Source of the DNA: Phallusia mammillata
Lineage: Eukaryota
DNA: 64,000 bases
NCBI GenBank assembly: GCA_965637545.1
Contig: OZ281501.1
Span: forward strand, 6,572,001-6,636,000
Reading direction: 5' to 3'
The position numbers were made by a program, and so were the translations under genes. The notes beneath the pieces are model-generated. The model searched no databases. It had not been told where the DNA came from and saw nothing but the letters and a program-made list of their open reading frames with translations. Positions 37,001 through 49,694 of this stretch are shown one piece after another. Within the stretch, counting starts at the first letter, position 1, and each line of letters opens with the position of its first letter.

Positions 37001-40000
37001 ACCATGCAATATGTATTGTAATTACAATCCAATACAACACAACACTTTGTTGTATAGATTTCTATGCATTAAGGCATTTGAAGTGTCAGTCGGTGCTAGG
37101 GTCAAGGTTTTCTAGTCAAGCGCTCGCTTGTGGAGTCGAAATTTTCTCATTTGAATATGGTCCGAGATGTAACGAGTAGTTTAGCGGTTAACGCTTACCC
37201 GACCAAATAGGTAAATATATGTGGCCGTGGCGAGACTGTCTTCCTTCGGCTCACTCGACCGTCGGAGTACAGGCATAGTAGAAGAATCAGACGAGACATA
37301 AGTCTAGGAATAGCCTGCATAACACCTGCGCTTTACGACTGCCAAATCGCTGATCTCTAACAAGAACAAAGCGATCTGAGTGCCTAGAGACAACAAATCG
37401 GTGTCGAGTTAAGGTAAAGCACTTAATTATCGAATTCCAGCTGTGTTGAACGCAAACCGCGCACTTAAAACAGCTACAGCGAACGCGCGTTTGTGATCGA
37501 AAATCACAAGCAGTAAACAAGCCAAGTGTTTGCAAACAAGAATAGTCGAGATTAAGTTGCGACCTCGACTACGGGATCTTGGTCACCGCTTTTGTGGTCT
37601 CTATTTATAAGCTCAACGTGTGCTTGGGATAAAGTTCCACCACACCAGGGCTCGACAAAGCGGTGCTCTGTTGTTAAAACCCGATCACTGGCCCCAAACT
37701 GACCGCAGAAGGAACGCGGCCTATAACTAATCGGTTGTTACGTGGATAGTTGGACCGGTCGGCTCTTGGCCACGGAATTCGACTAGAATTAGCGGCTGCT
37801 TCCAAGTTCAGTCCTGATGTCGCGTTTCTCCAGCTGCTAGGCGACGGGCGCTTAGCTTTAATCTGTAAACGAGCGCTTATTATGCGATTACGCAAGTTAA
37901 AAGCATAAAGGGCGCGGCTGCTTTCGAGTAACTCATACTATCCACCATTTTGTCTTCAACGAACCTGAGTGTCCGTTGGCTGACCGACGTAACCGACTCT
38001 CCACTTAAAAATCCGGCAAAAAATTGTTTTTTGTGTAATGCTGTGTTGGTTAATTATTTAGACTGCAGCTTGCAACCAAAAAAAGAAACATTGCAAACTG
38101 TTAACGCACTTGAAAAAAAATCTACAAATTTGTGATGAGCCCTGCATTAAATCTGCCAAACTGCCGTTCATATGCTGCGCTTCTTTTCGCAAATTCACAA
38201 AGTAAATGACGGAAAAAGTATACCGAGATAAACATTAAACATTAGTTTTGCTTGCGTTTGTTAAGGATCTTTCACATTAAATTGGTTATTTGTTTTGCAC
38301 AACCACAAAAGAAGTGGGTTTATGCTTTGTTTTTGACAATTAAAATTCAATTTTTTCGTAGAAATATCCAGTGTTCATAGACGCGAAGAAATGCCAAACG
38401 AGAAGCACGAACCTGTTTAGCATTTAAACCTCTATACCGCAGAACGCGCCTGCAAGCCACAGTCAACTATACACTTGCCTCTTATTTTGCAGCCGCCGTT
38501 CGTCATGCGCACGAAACACAACGAAGAAGATCACGCTGTAATACCAAGGCATCAGCGTGGAGTCACTGCTCCAAGTCTTGTGGCCTGGGTCTCTCCACTC
38601 GTGTCACAAACGACAATCCTCAATGCGCTTTGGTGCGAGAGTCAAGACTCTGTGAGCTGCGAACATGTGAAGAGAATTTATACAAACCCAAGGTACGTGA
38701 AATTTTGGAAATAGGAGACTTGCTGAAAACACGAAAGAAGCGTGTTTAGTATTTTTAATTCTTGCGATTTTAATAGGTTTAAAAACCATTTGAAAGCTGC
38801 AAGCTAATAAATAATTAGCTGCAGACAGTACACACTGTTTCGATCTATAACGTCTCATCAGTGCAGCTGGTAACAAAAGATAGGCCGCTGGTGTAGTCAT
38901 GCAACGACACTCCAGTTGGTTGTGAGCAACATGTTAAAAAGCCATACCTCACCTATTCTGTTCGATGCCACAACTGGGTATGCCACAAAATCAATTTGTT
39001 TTGGGAAATGGCGTCTGGATCAAACACCGTTTAAAATTTATCCAGTTAACCCAACTTTAAAATGCAAAATGTCGTTTTAAAATTACGCGCTTTTTATTGA
39101 ATACTCCTATCTTCCATAATCTTGAATAGTTAACCAACAATATAAAGCTGCATGTTTGAGGATATTAGGGTTAGAAGACTTGGTTTCTCAGATGAAAATT
39201 TACCAAGCATACGTAATGCATTAGCCAACGTGACATGTTTGCGGTGCCACGACGGCAAATTTGAGATTCGACCACGAGTGGTGACCGATTCGCTGTCAGA
39301 GCACTCTATAATTTACGGTTGTCGCGCGATCACGGTCGGGGACAAAAAACAAACTGCGCGAGGTTACAGTGCGAAATTCCTCGCATATTTTGCAATTGGA
39401 CGTCGGTCCAAGCACTGACGTTACGACTTTTCAATGCGTTTGCTTGGATGTCAGATTCCGAATGACGGAATGTCACACAAACAAGTCATGCTGTTACAAC
39501 CTGTTGAAAAGCTAGTCCACCAATGCGAAATTTCGGACAAATGTTGGGTTTCCGAGCGGCCTTACATTTAGTGGCAAGTTAAAAATGGGGGAAGTCATTT
39601 TGGTGGTTAACAAACAAATGTTTTTATGATATGGTTGTAAACGACGTGAAGAAAATAAGTCAGTTGGGACCGGCAAAAATAATCAAAATACGGTGGTAAA
39701 TTCAATTAATAGCTTGTGTTACGTTACGCATCTATAAACCCTTCTCATTCACTTCATATACTTTCAAGTATCAAATAAAACAGGCACCGAAAAACCTTAT
39801 GAAGCGTGAAGCTTCATTAAACACTGAAAACTTATCATTGGCATTTGAGTTAACCTGAAAATGTTCCAGTCGCTTCATTTCGTTTCAAGCTTGTAATTTT
39901 TGTTTCCAGAGAGGTAGGCAGTGCAGCAAACCAACTCGTCGGTCACGCCGAAAGGTGACTGTTACATATGCCGGGTGCAGCAGTGTGAGAAAGATCAAGC

Positions 40001-40422
40001 CCAAGTATTGTGGAGAATGCCGCGATAATTCAAGGTAAATTGGTTCGATTTCATATGCAACTTGATTGTGTTCACCAATTGTTTCGCAAAACCTCTATAA
40101 CATAAATCATGTTTAAAAGGTAAACCCCCCTAAACTCAATACATCACTCCTATAGTGCTATATATATACCACTTGGAAAAAAATCGTACAAAACGCTTAA
40201 CCGTACTGCTTTAAAATTTCCAGGTGCTGCACACCGACCGCTACAAGGAATCTACGCCTGCGGTTTAGGTGCGGTGATGGCCGGTATTTCACCAAGACGA
40301 TGCTGATCATCAAGAACTGCGAGTGCAGCCGTAACTGCGCGGATTCAAGCGCAAGGACTTCGCCAAACCACATCAGACTTTCATTGTACGGCGATATGCT
40401 GCGTAAGACAGAGGAGCGGTAA
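34007..40422 (+). CDS. CCN: CCN family matricellular protein A (SP-IGFBP-VWC-acidic hinge-TSP1-CT), 6 exons, 423 aa
   Basis: Exons 34007-34063 (signal peptide MLAQRVILSTLLCVFLAQT), 34250-34466 (IGFBP, 12 Cys, GCNCCKVCAKQ), 35725-36198 (VWC, 10 Cys, plus acidic hinge), 38493-38692 (TSP1, WSHCSKSCGLGLSTRV), 39910-40034 and 40224-40422 (CT: YAGC..YCGEC / CCTP..FRC..CECSRNC). Phases 0-1-1-0-2 are consistent; sum 1272 nt. The vertebrate paralogue (CCN1-6) cannot be assigned. Confidence 0.95.
38814..38870 (-). ncRNA. Type I hammerhead ribozyme motif with GUC cleavage site, antisense in CCN-A intron 4
   Basis: Minus strand AGCTGCA-CTGATGA-GACGTTATAGATC-GAA-ACAGT(GTGT)ACTGT-C-TGCAGCT: intact core, 7-bp stem I, 5-bp stem III, stem II G-C/A-U/C-G with a bulged A and a GUUAUA loop; predicted cut 38824/38823. 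Confidence 0.82.
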
Positions 40423-43400
40423 TTGGTCAGGACACTTTTGGGAGGCATCTTGAAGCTGTGATATTGAACTACTGCTGGGTCGGACGCCCGTCTTTCCTGT
40501 TCTAAGCAGTGTCATGTACCTAACGCACTTCTGGGCCATTCTTTAGCATTTAGATGCCAACTGCGTTCGCCATACGGCGCCTACCGCAACGACAGACACT
40601 GTGATACTTTAACGACCATGTGTTCAACTGAAAAGGGACCAATGATTTGTGTTCCTTTCTGCTAGAATCACACTACCACTGCCCGCAAAGCACACACACA
40701 CTTTTAACTTTGACACGCCGTGTAAATATAAACCCTTTTCTATTGAGATCTTTATTTTGATAAGTTATTGGCTTTCTATATCGTACTCGTGGCAACCAAC
40801 TCCCCACGCGATTTCTTTGTGTATTTCCCTAAATGAAACATCTTAAACATGGTGCACATACCTTGATTTTACTATTCCCAGCGCTTCGGCTATATTTATT
40901 GTCCGGCTTTATTCAGTTAATGTGGCAATTCTATTTCACAAAGCCTATTCGTTTGCTCCAGGGATAGAGCTTTTGTTGCATATTTACCACTGCGCGCCGT
41001 CGTATTCGTTTATTTATTCGCTTCTTTTTGTTTTGGCTATGTACAGCAGTTGTGCTGCATATTTTGATGACCAATTTTTAGGACTTCCAAAAAATGATGG
41101 CGCTACTTTAATTGGCTATGTAATTGTTTCCTTTGAAGTCATACAGTCATTCAGATGTGAGACATTTTCAGAAATGTTCACAAGTTGAAGAAAGCACAAA
41201 ACCAGTTTGGAAGGGAAATTGGTAGTTCCTTGGAATTGTTATAAACAGCTGACTTACAACAGAAGTTAACTTTCAAAGCAAGAAACCAGACATAATGACT
41301 AACTATAGGTTCACCTTTATTATTTAAGAAAAATATTCATTAGATTACACTTTTTACCCATTCTTTTCTCCCCTTCACTGAAATAGTAAACAGTTTCAAA
41401 CAAGTTAGTTTAAATATTGTGACATATTGTTTTGAGAAGAGTATCTATATAAACCAACCTAAGAAAATGAAAACTATTTAGTATTTCTTTGAGAAATGGC
41501 TCTCATGTTTACAAGTGATCAAGTTACTTGACCAAGCGCACCATGTATGAATCACACGTACAGTAAAATACGGACAGCTCATTTTGTTTGAAAAACAACA
41601 AATCATGGCAAGTGGACAACAAGCGGCAAACAACAGCAGCGCCATTAGTTTCATAAGTTCAAAAGTAACGTAACCTACCCAAAATAGGTTTTCGAAAGCG
41701 ATACGTCATAGCAAACGTCATGGCGCGTTGACGTGCGGCGCAGTTAATCAAAAGCGCGCCACGTGATTTGATTGGTCCATCGCTGTCGCACGGGCAATGA
41801 GGCGTAACGACCGGATTCGGTAAATTCCAAGCGAACTGCTGCAGAGAACAATCAGGCTCAAATGGAGTAGAAGACTTGAGTTGACTTTTGCTATAGATTA
41901 CCGTCGACTCGATAGCAGGTAGCTGTTTCCGTACGCGCCTTGATAATCCCTCAGTCCTCTAACAAGGAACACCACTGTTCCTAGAGGGGGTCTATTTTTA
42001 CCCCGTTACGTAACAGGCTTTGGGGTCATGCTTGAGGGGCAGGCTGCGGCGCCCGAGGACCCGCGCGGGGTCAGGATTTGCTGGGGTTGAGCGGAGTGGG
42101 GTTAAACACAACGTTACAAACGTTTTGAGGGTAAGTGGGGGCCTTCTTAATACCTGCCAATACTGTAGACATATATTCCGGCTTGTAGCGACGGCAACCT
42201 GTCATTTGTCCTTGACTTTCGGGGTAAAATCCGATAAACCCTTCGGGGATGGGGGAAAATCGCTGTCATTCCCTGGGAAGACAATAACATGTTATTTATT
42301 TGCCTTCCTAAATCAACCATTTCTAATCCAACATAGTTCGAAGGTTTCGTCCGGACAGTCTTGTCATTGTACGCATTATGTTTGGTGATCCATGTTACGC
42401 CCCAAATACTGAAAACCCAAACAAAATAGAACAGGGTTTGACACGTTGTATACACAAATAAGGACTGTTTGGTATAGAGTTAGATTTACAACTGTGTTCA
42501 AATGTCACATATATATTAATGGATTATTTGTAGTTTGAAAGCGTTGTATATTTACAAGGGTTTGGCTTAAACCAGAGTAAATCCCATATCGCCCGAAATT
42601 TATTTTTACAAAAAATGTTTGGGTGCGGTTTCAAATAAATTCAGACTATTGCAATAAAAAAGTTAAATAAATAGAAGGAAATTCTCCAATACACCATGGT
42701 TTGGTTTGCTTTGGTAACCAGAGGACAACAAGCAGTTCGTTGAGTTTGTGACTCAGTCGTGACTTGCAGAAAATATACCCTTGGTCAGGACGCCAGAATT
42801 GTAAATCGGTCGGAACCCGAAATCACAGGCCCAAAACCCGACCCGCACCCAATTTTTGAAACCGGAAAGTTAGATCGATTAAGGTGGTATTTGATACAAC
42901 TACATGTTTAAGTCTGAAGTGCCAATGAAGCCAGTTTCATTGGAACATACGTCCGAAAAGCCCGACCAAACTCACAACCACACAGAAAGCAAAACATTAC
43001 AACGCTATAATCCTTGCCATTGACCATGCTAGTGGTGATGCCTAATTGAGAAGCTGAACCTTGCACAAACTCTACAAAAGCTATAGGTTGATTTTTGAGA
43101 AAACCGCGGTTTTGTTAAAAAAAGAATAAAGAGGTAGAAGTAAAAAACCCTTTTTAAAAAAAAATTTAACATCCAAAAACTTTTTAGTCTAATATGCTAA
43201 TGTAAAATAAACGAAGTCTAATCAATTCCAGAAGCTATCCGTTGGTTTAAAAAAGAATTTTGTAACTGAAGCACAGAAACAACTTGCATTGGCACCAGCT
43301 CATAAACACAAGTAAAAAAATGCTTTAGACTTTAGAGTGTATCTGCGTCAGTGTGCGATAAAAAATTCCCGAACGTTTAAAATTGACATCTTGACTTTTC

Positions 43401-44387
43401 CCAAAAAATCTCCACAAGCAGGGAAGCACATGCGGTAGGTTTGTGGGATCTAGATGCTCCCTGTTTGTATCACAAATAGGAAGTCAAAATGCTTTCTTCG
43501 ACAACCAGCTGCGATATTTTTCAACTTTGAAGCAACAACAAAAAATATATTCGTTATACTGAATTCATCTTTAAACGTTGTTATTTATTCGAACCTTAAA
43601 CACTCTTGAGCCTTGGTGTGGTACACCAACTGCACCCATCCCTCTCGTGGGGCCTGTCGAAAGTGCCACAAACGTTTGCCGATATTCATGTTAAAGTACA
43701 GGCAAAAACTATGGCAACAGCATCGCATTGAGTTATAGTGGTTTATAAATTTGTGTTAAATTAAACCAGAAGTACCCGGTATTTTTTTCTTTGGTCATAG
43801 TTTATAGCGTTTTTTTTACAAATCATTGCAAAAAAACAATCAAGTGCAAAGGTATTTGGACGAGCAACCAACGCAAAAATATTAGTATTTGCAAATTGGC
43901 CAAGTTTTGAAATCGTGTAGCAAAAGGTGCTTAATTATTGGTGTCGTGAAAAAGTATGCATCGAATTTCCTTGTTCAAAAACTCAGTTGATAACGATTTC
44001 ATGATAAAAAAAACTTATTCTTTATCGCTTGATGATGCCGCAAGTACTTCATCTGAAGAATGTGAGTTTTGTCCAACAGAGCTGCATTAAAAAATACGAT
44101 TTTAACCACGTTGTTTAGACTCAACCAGGTACATGTTTAATTACCGACTAATACATCCCAACCGAAGATTCAAACCGTATATTCAGGCTTTTAACTGTGT
44201 CCTGCCATCAGGTTACAACCAATAGCTATAACCAAATGCTAACAAAAGTATTTCATAGCGTCGCCGTTTTCTGTGAGCTTTTTTCTGTGTTATACAAACG
44301 CAATGTCCTCCTTAATGAAGTTTGTTATTTTCTTGGCCTCAAGCAAAAGCAGTAAAAATTTTGTAGAAATTACTAATGATCATACAA

Positions 44388-44840
44388 TTACATTACTCTT
44401 CGCAAATTTGCAGTAGCTTGTAAAATAGTGCCAGTTGACCTGTTGCTATAATTCGGATTCGCCCGTGCTTGTCCAGAACTCATCGCTGTGGAAGACGTAG
44501 CATGGAGCTGCGACAAGTACTGAAGAAAGTCGAGTTCACTGTTGAACTGCTGCGTGAAGGCATCGCTTGTCGAGATCCTACGAATTAACTGTTTTACATC
44601 ACGTTTGTTCATGGTATCTGCTGGGACTTCTGGCTCTACTCCAGTGGTTTGACACAAGTCTTCTAGAATTTGATCCTCTTTAATTCGAGGAGTCGATGGA
44701 GCAATTGACGAGCGGCGCCGGATTCGATTCGGGTGGTTCCGAATCATAAGGAGGTCGGCATCGCGTCGGACAACATCTTCTTTGTTTGCTGAAACTTTGC
44801 GGGGACTTTGACGATTGTCATGTGTCCAGCAATTTCCCAT
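44388..44840 (-). CDS. Orphan protein exon (148-150 aa), putative dual N-terminal acylation
   Basis: Longest GC-richer ORF in AT-rich surroundings; starts MGNCWT (G2, C4, T6); acceptor TTATTTTCAACACAG just upstream (44859-44858) and donor-like GTAATG at 44396; no family recognised. Confidence 0.6.
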   Translation of the reverse strand: MGNCWTHDNRQSPRKVSANKEDVVRRDADLLMIRNHPNRIRRRSSIAPSTPRIKEDQILEDLCQTTGVEPEVPADTMNKRDVKQLIRRISTSDAFTQQFNSELDFLQYLSQLHATSSTAMSSGQARANPNYSNRSTGTILQATANLRRVM

Positions 44841-47800
44841 TTTGTCATGGCAGCCTGCTGTGTTGAAAATAAATAACTCTCATGGCGCTGGGCTACACAT
44901 TTACCACCATGTCCCTAATTCTTACAGACTTCACAACCTACAAGCCTTGAACACTATGAAAGCAAATTTTCAATAAAGCCTTGTTTGTAGACAAAGGGTA
45001 TTGTTTGAAATAAGATAATTGTTTCGTAATGACAAGTAAATAATAAACAGTGATGGGCGTACCTTTAGATACAACACACAACAGATGTTATTTGGCACCA
45101 AATATCAAAATTTATGAACCGACTAGGTACATTGCTAACAGCACATTCTACGACTCACTAAACTTTGTCCACGGGGTGACAGTCTTGAGCAGCAACCAGG
45201 CAAAATCAAAACGAAAAAGGTAATTTTGTACGTCATAAAACTCCCTTCATGCAAAAAAGGATTGGCCCAAACCCCAAACAATGCGTTCTTATTATCAGCT
45301 TGAAACAAGGTGGAATAAAAACGCCTTGACAGTAAAGCATGATCTAATAATTCAAATCTTTTCTGATTCAAATACAACCAAATACATACAAAAATTCAAA
45401 TACATACAAAAAAATATATATATCTAGTTTTTGTAAAATGTAAGCTACTAAAGTTTTCCACATTTCATGGAATTAGCAATCACAAATAAAACTGATTTAT
45501 AGGACGTTTGGTTCGAGGTTTTAAGAACCAACTACTTTATCGATAATTTAGTCCAAATGAGAACTTTTAGACCGAATGCGGGTGCAAAAATAAAACCAGC
45601 TCATAGTCAAACAGAGTCCACACAAAGATAAAATTATGAAGGCAAGTCAATGGATATATGAAGGCATCAGCTGCTTGAACCACATAATATATTTGACAAT
45701 CCCCACAACCCAAGATGGGCAAATAAAGTTGGCCGCTAAACAAATGCCCTATTCAACAATGCAGAGGTTTGCAAGGAGCACTAAACTATAACTCTCAGGT
45801 GTGAAATTCCTTTGGCGTTTCTGCAGAACGCAGCTGCGACCCGCGTACTAGCTGAAGCAATCAAGTCGAGACTTAGAACCAAGATTGCGGGCAGGTGATA
45901 GGGCATGAATAGCTAGCTAACGAGCGTTGGAATTGTTCATGGAGGGCCTCGCGAGCCGCCTTATCGCAGGCCGTTAGTTTGATTAGGCCGCCGTCGCAAT
46001 TAACGACTGTTGACTCAAGGCATGTCGGACAATGGTGCATCTGTGAAGACCGCTATACGATGAGCAAACACAAATTGGTGCACAAAAAGACTAGCTTGGT
46101 ACGAAATCCCGGGCATTGCATTGCTTGCTAGCGTCGCGATTATCCCTTAGTGGGGGTTTTGTCAACAAAACGATCAATACTCACGTGTCTACCTTTACGT
46201 GATGTTTGGGTATAATGACCAATCGGGTGTATATTGAGACTGGTACGATTCGAACAGTTTTTAGAAATGTTAAGCGAACTTTGATGTATTTGAAAGTTTA
46301 TTTTAAGATGGAGAAACGTAGGCAAAAACAGATGATAAAACTAAATTGCTTTGTAACGATGTCGGAATTTATTAATGTATATTAAACAAGCAAACATGCA
46401 CTTGTCGTTTACAGCATAATAAATGGTGATTTTTCTCAATACTTTTATAGGAATTACCCTTCAATTTGGATGTTCGCAATAGTTGGAGTTTACAACTTTT
46501 ATAAATATTTGATTCTGATAAAAAGCTTCAAATAGGAACAGATCTGGGAATAGATTGAAAAAATGAAAAAATATGACCTGTTTTTTTTTCATGTAGCCCG
46601 TTTTTTCTTTTAATTTCAAAATAAAGCCAGAGACGTGGTGCCCTAAGTAGAACATGGTTGTCATATTTGGAGATGTAGGCCTACATCTCGCCAAAGCATT
46701 TGCGCACGCACAATTTACATTCCGCAATGGCGACAAAGACGGACGACGGAACAAAACCTCCACGTCAAACTTGACCTGTTCCGTTACTTTCAGTTTTAAG
46801 TGAACACTAAACACTTTTCAAAGTTGTAATATCATTCTAAAACATTTTTTTCCAAAAAAAGCAAGAAATGAAAGCCAATTGATATTAAAGCATGTAATTG
46901 GAATAAGGGATCGTTTATCCTTTAAGATTACATGTAAGATTACATGGCCGTGGACAAATTCCAAACCAAATATATCAAACTTTAAAAAAAAACTGTTAAC
47001 TGTTAATGAAAGTTAAACTTTACAACAAATTCGACTGTAGTGTACTTGCCACTTTTGGTTTTTTATCATGGAAAAGTTGTGATTTGTTTGTTTTTGACAA
47101 AGATTTACACCACATGGTCAAGCATGCAAAAGTTTCACACATCGCCAATTTCAATTTTTAACACTGGTGCGTGCAATGGCAATATATATCCTTCTCAACA
47201 ACTTTGATTTCATATAAAATGGCTTGCTGTTGATGTGGGTGCGTGGATTGAGCATTTTGGGAATTTTGAGTAGACCCATTTCTCGAAGGGGACAGGGTCT
47301 GCACACCTGAAAAATTTGTTGTGGTAAACAATCAGAAATAGTGCAAGTATGGGGAAACAACTGTAAAGGGTAAAGTGCATCAAAACGCGAGTTGACGCAA
47401 ATTGCTCTGCGTGCCAAGCATTCCAGCCATCAGACTTGGGGTCGGTTAAGGCCCCGTGCCACGCGAACACTGACAGGTTTCGAGGCTTTTAGCGTCTTGC
47501 ACTGTTTGCCCTGTGTGCCTGTTTAGCAGCGCAAGAGCTAAAACGACCTCTGGGCAGAATAACGGCGCCCCAAAGAAACACGACTGTCCAGGATTTTCAG
47601 AGAAATCTACCTTTTGTTAAGATACCATCGAGATCACGTGAGAGTCGACGTGCTGACATTTTGTATGTTGTTGTGAAATTATTTGTTTGAAATTTTGCAG
47701 TAAAACCAAAGGGCTTGTTTGTGGTTATCCGCTTGCCTCGAGTATTCGTTCAATTTTGTTCCTAATGGTGATACTAACAATGAATGTTGAAACTAACATT

Positions 47801-49694
47801 ATGTCTGGTAGTATAAATGATTCACCATAAATACAAAACACTTGGTAGTACCGGAACTGATCTATGTAAAAAAAACAGTCATCTCGAACAACAGTATAGA
47901 AAGCAATATCCTAAAGACAAATACACCCAATTGACCCAACTTGAAACCGCACATTCACTGAAGCGAAAATACCAGTAGGAAGCAGTGTCAGTGAACTTTG
48001 TAGGATATAAACAAGGGTTGTTAGGACATGAATCTCCGGAGCTTTGATATCGAAGCCTCCGTCTCTGTCCGCTTTGTGCCCTAAATCCGCGGCTTATCCG
48101 AACAACACCCGGTTGAACGTCGCTCGCAAGACCGCGGATTCGAGGGCAAGCTGACAACTTTATGTGATTGAAAGGCGTGATAATTTATTTACGCCGTAAA
48201 CCACCCCTTACAAGAGGGGCTCCCCTGGGGTGCTAATCGGGCCTCGCTTCCTCGCAGGCCCCTTTCGTCAACACGGCGCCCCGCCTAAAAAGAGGGGCTT
48301 TAAATGCGTGACGGATGGAAGAAATGAAAGACGTCGTAAGTGAAGTTTGCGCTGGGTTATAATTAGTTCAGGGAACATTTTGCCAGATTGCAATCGCGAA
48401 AATGGAGGGGCTGAACGCACACGTTTTCAAGCATATTTCCGCAAGATACGCCTGCCTGGTGTAACAAACGTCACAGATGCCTATAAAGTGTGCATATTTC
48501 GGATTTATCCTACCAGTTCGAGTGACAGATGCGGTTAGGGGGCGTGACAACAGGTAATGGTAACCGTGACGTCAATTGTGACGACAGCAAAGGACATCTC
48601 ATTTTGAATAATGACGTCAAAATAGAGAGAATTTTGCGGCTTTGCATGATCTTTAATTCAATAAGAACGTTAAAGGCTGCACACATTATACGATGTATGT
48701 GTAAATATAGTCTATAATACTAAATGTACAAAACAAATAGTGGTATCAGCTGGAGGTTCCAAGCTGGGTTAAATAGTATTTAGTCCGCGGCAGTCAGTGG
48801 GTGGGTCGGACCGCTTTTTGACAAATCTGTCAAGTTTTCTATTTTTAACACAGCTTCAAAGGCAGAAAGGGTTACGGCAGCAGGTCAGCATGTACCTTCA
48901 ACACATTGGCCTCGGTGCAGATCAGAATCCTTCTGTAGCTGCTTTTCACGCCCTGTAACGAGCAGTCACTCATTTCCATTCGTTCAGGACGCCTGGTGCC
49001 CGCGACTTGAATTTGCGAGAAAAAAAAGCCGTGGTGTAAAAGGAAGCTGGCTACTTAAAAGCAATACAAAGGGCAGCTAAGGCCGCGACGCGCAAAAAGA
49101 CTCGTTTAATTTCAGTGCTGGCGACGTCATGTCGCAGGGGACCAGAGAGCAAGCTATTAGACGCAAAACATCGGCGCCGTAGTCAACATTACGGCGCGCT
49201 GCGGTGGTGTTTTTCCGGCGGAATGGCTTCATCAAGCCTGGGGTCGCAGGCTCGATTAGAGCGGAATTTTTGTTGAGATTGCGGACATTAATGGGATAAT
49301 GAGAGGAATTTCCGATCAAAGTAGATGACATTCGCGTGCGAGTTCTTAACCTAGCAGGAAAGTTTGAAATCAACACGTGAAAGAAAAAAATTGAAAAATG
49401 CGTGCCACGCCAAATAGCCTCGATTATTGCTGAGGTTGGCATAAATTCCAAGGCATCAAATGCACTATGCGCACAACACAGGTTTGCGGCAAACTGACTT
49501 TTACGCGCAATTAGAGTGGCAGATCGGGGATTTGTGCTTCACTGGCTCGGCAGACTTCGCACAAACAGCACTATTAAAGGTTTTTACTTACCAGTGATCT
49601 CTTCATGCCGTTGCAGGATTGTTTACAAACGCATATTATATAACTGTGCTTACTGTCAGAAGCCGGTGTAGAATATTAATCTGAAAACAATAAT

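Noticed and set aside
47401-47530. Cys-containing frame (CSACQ..PCH) as a missing IGFBP exon for CCN-B
   Set aside because: Lacks the GCxCCxxC motif and Cys spacing, and is closed by stops.
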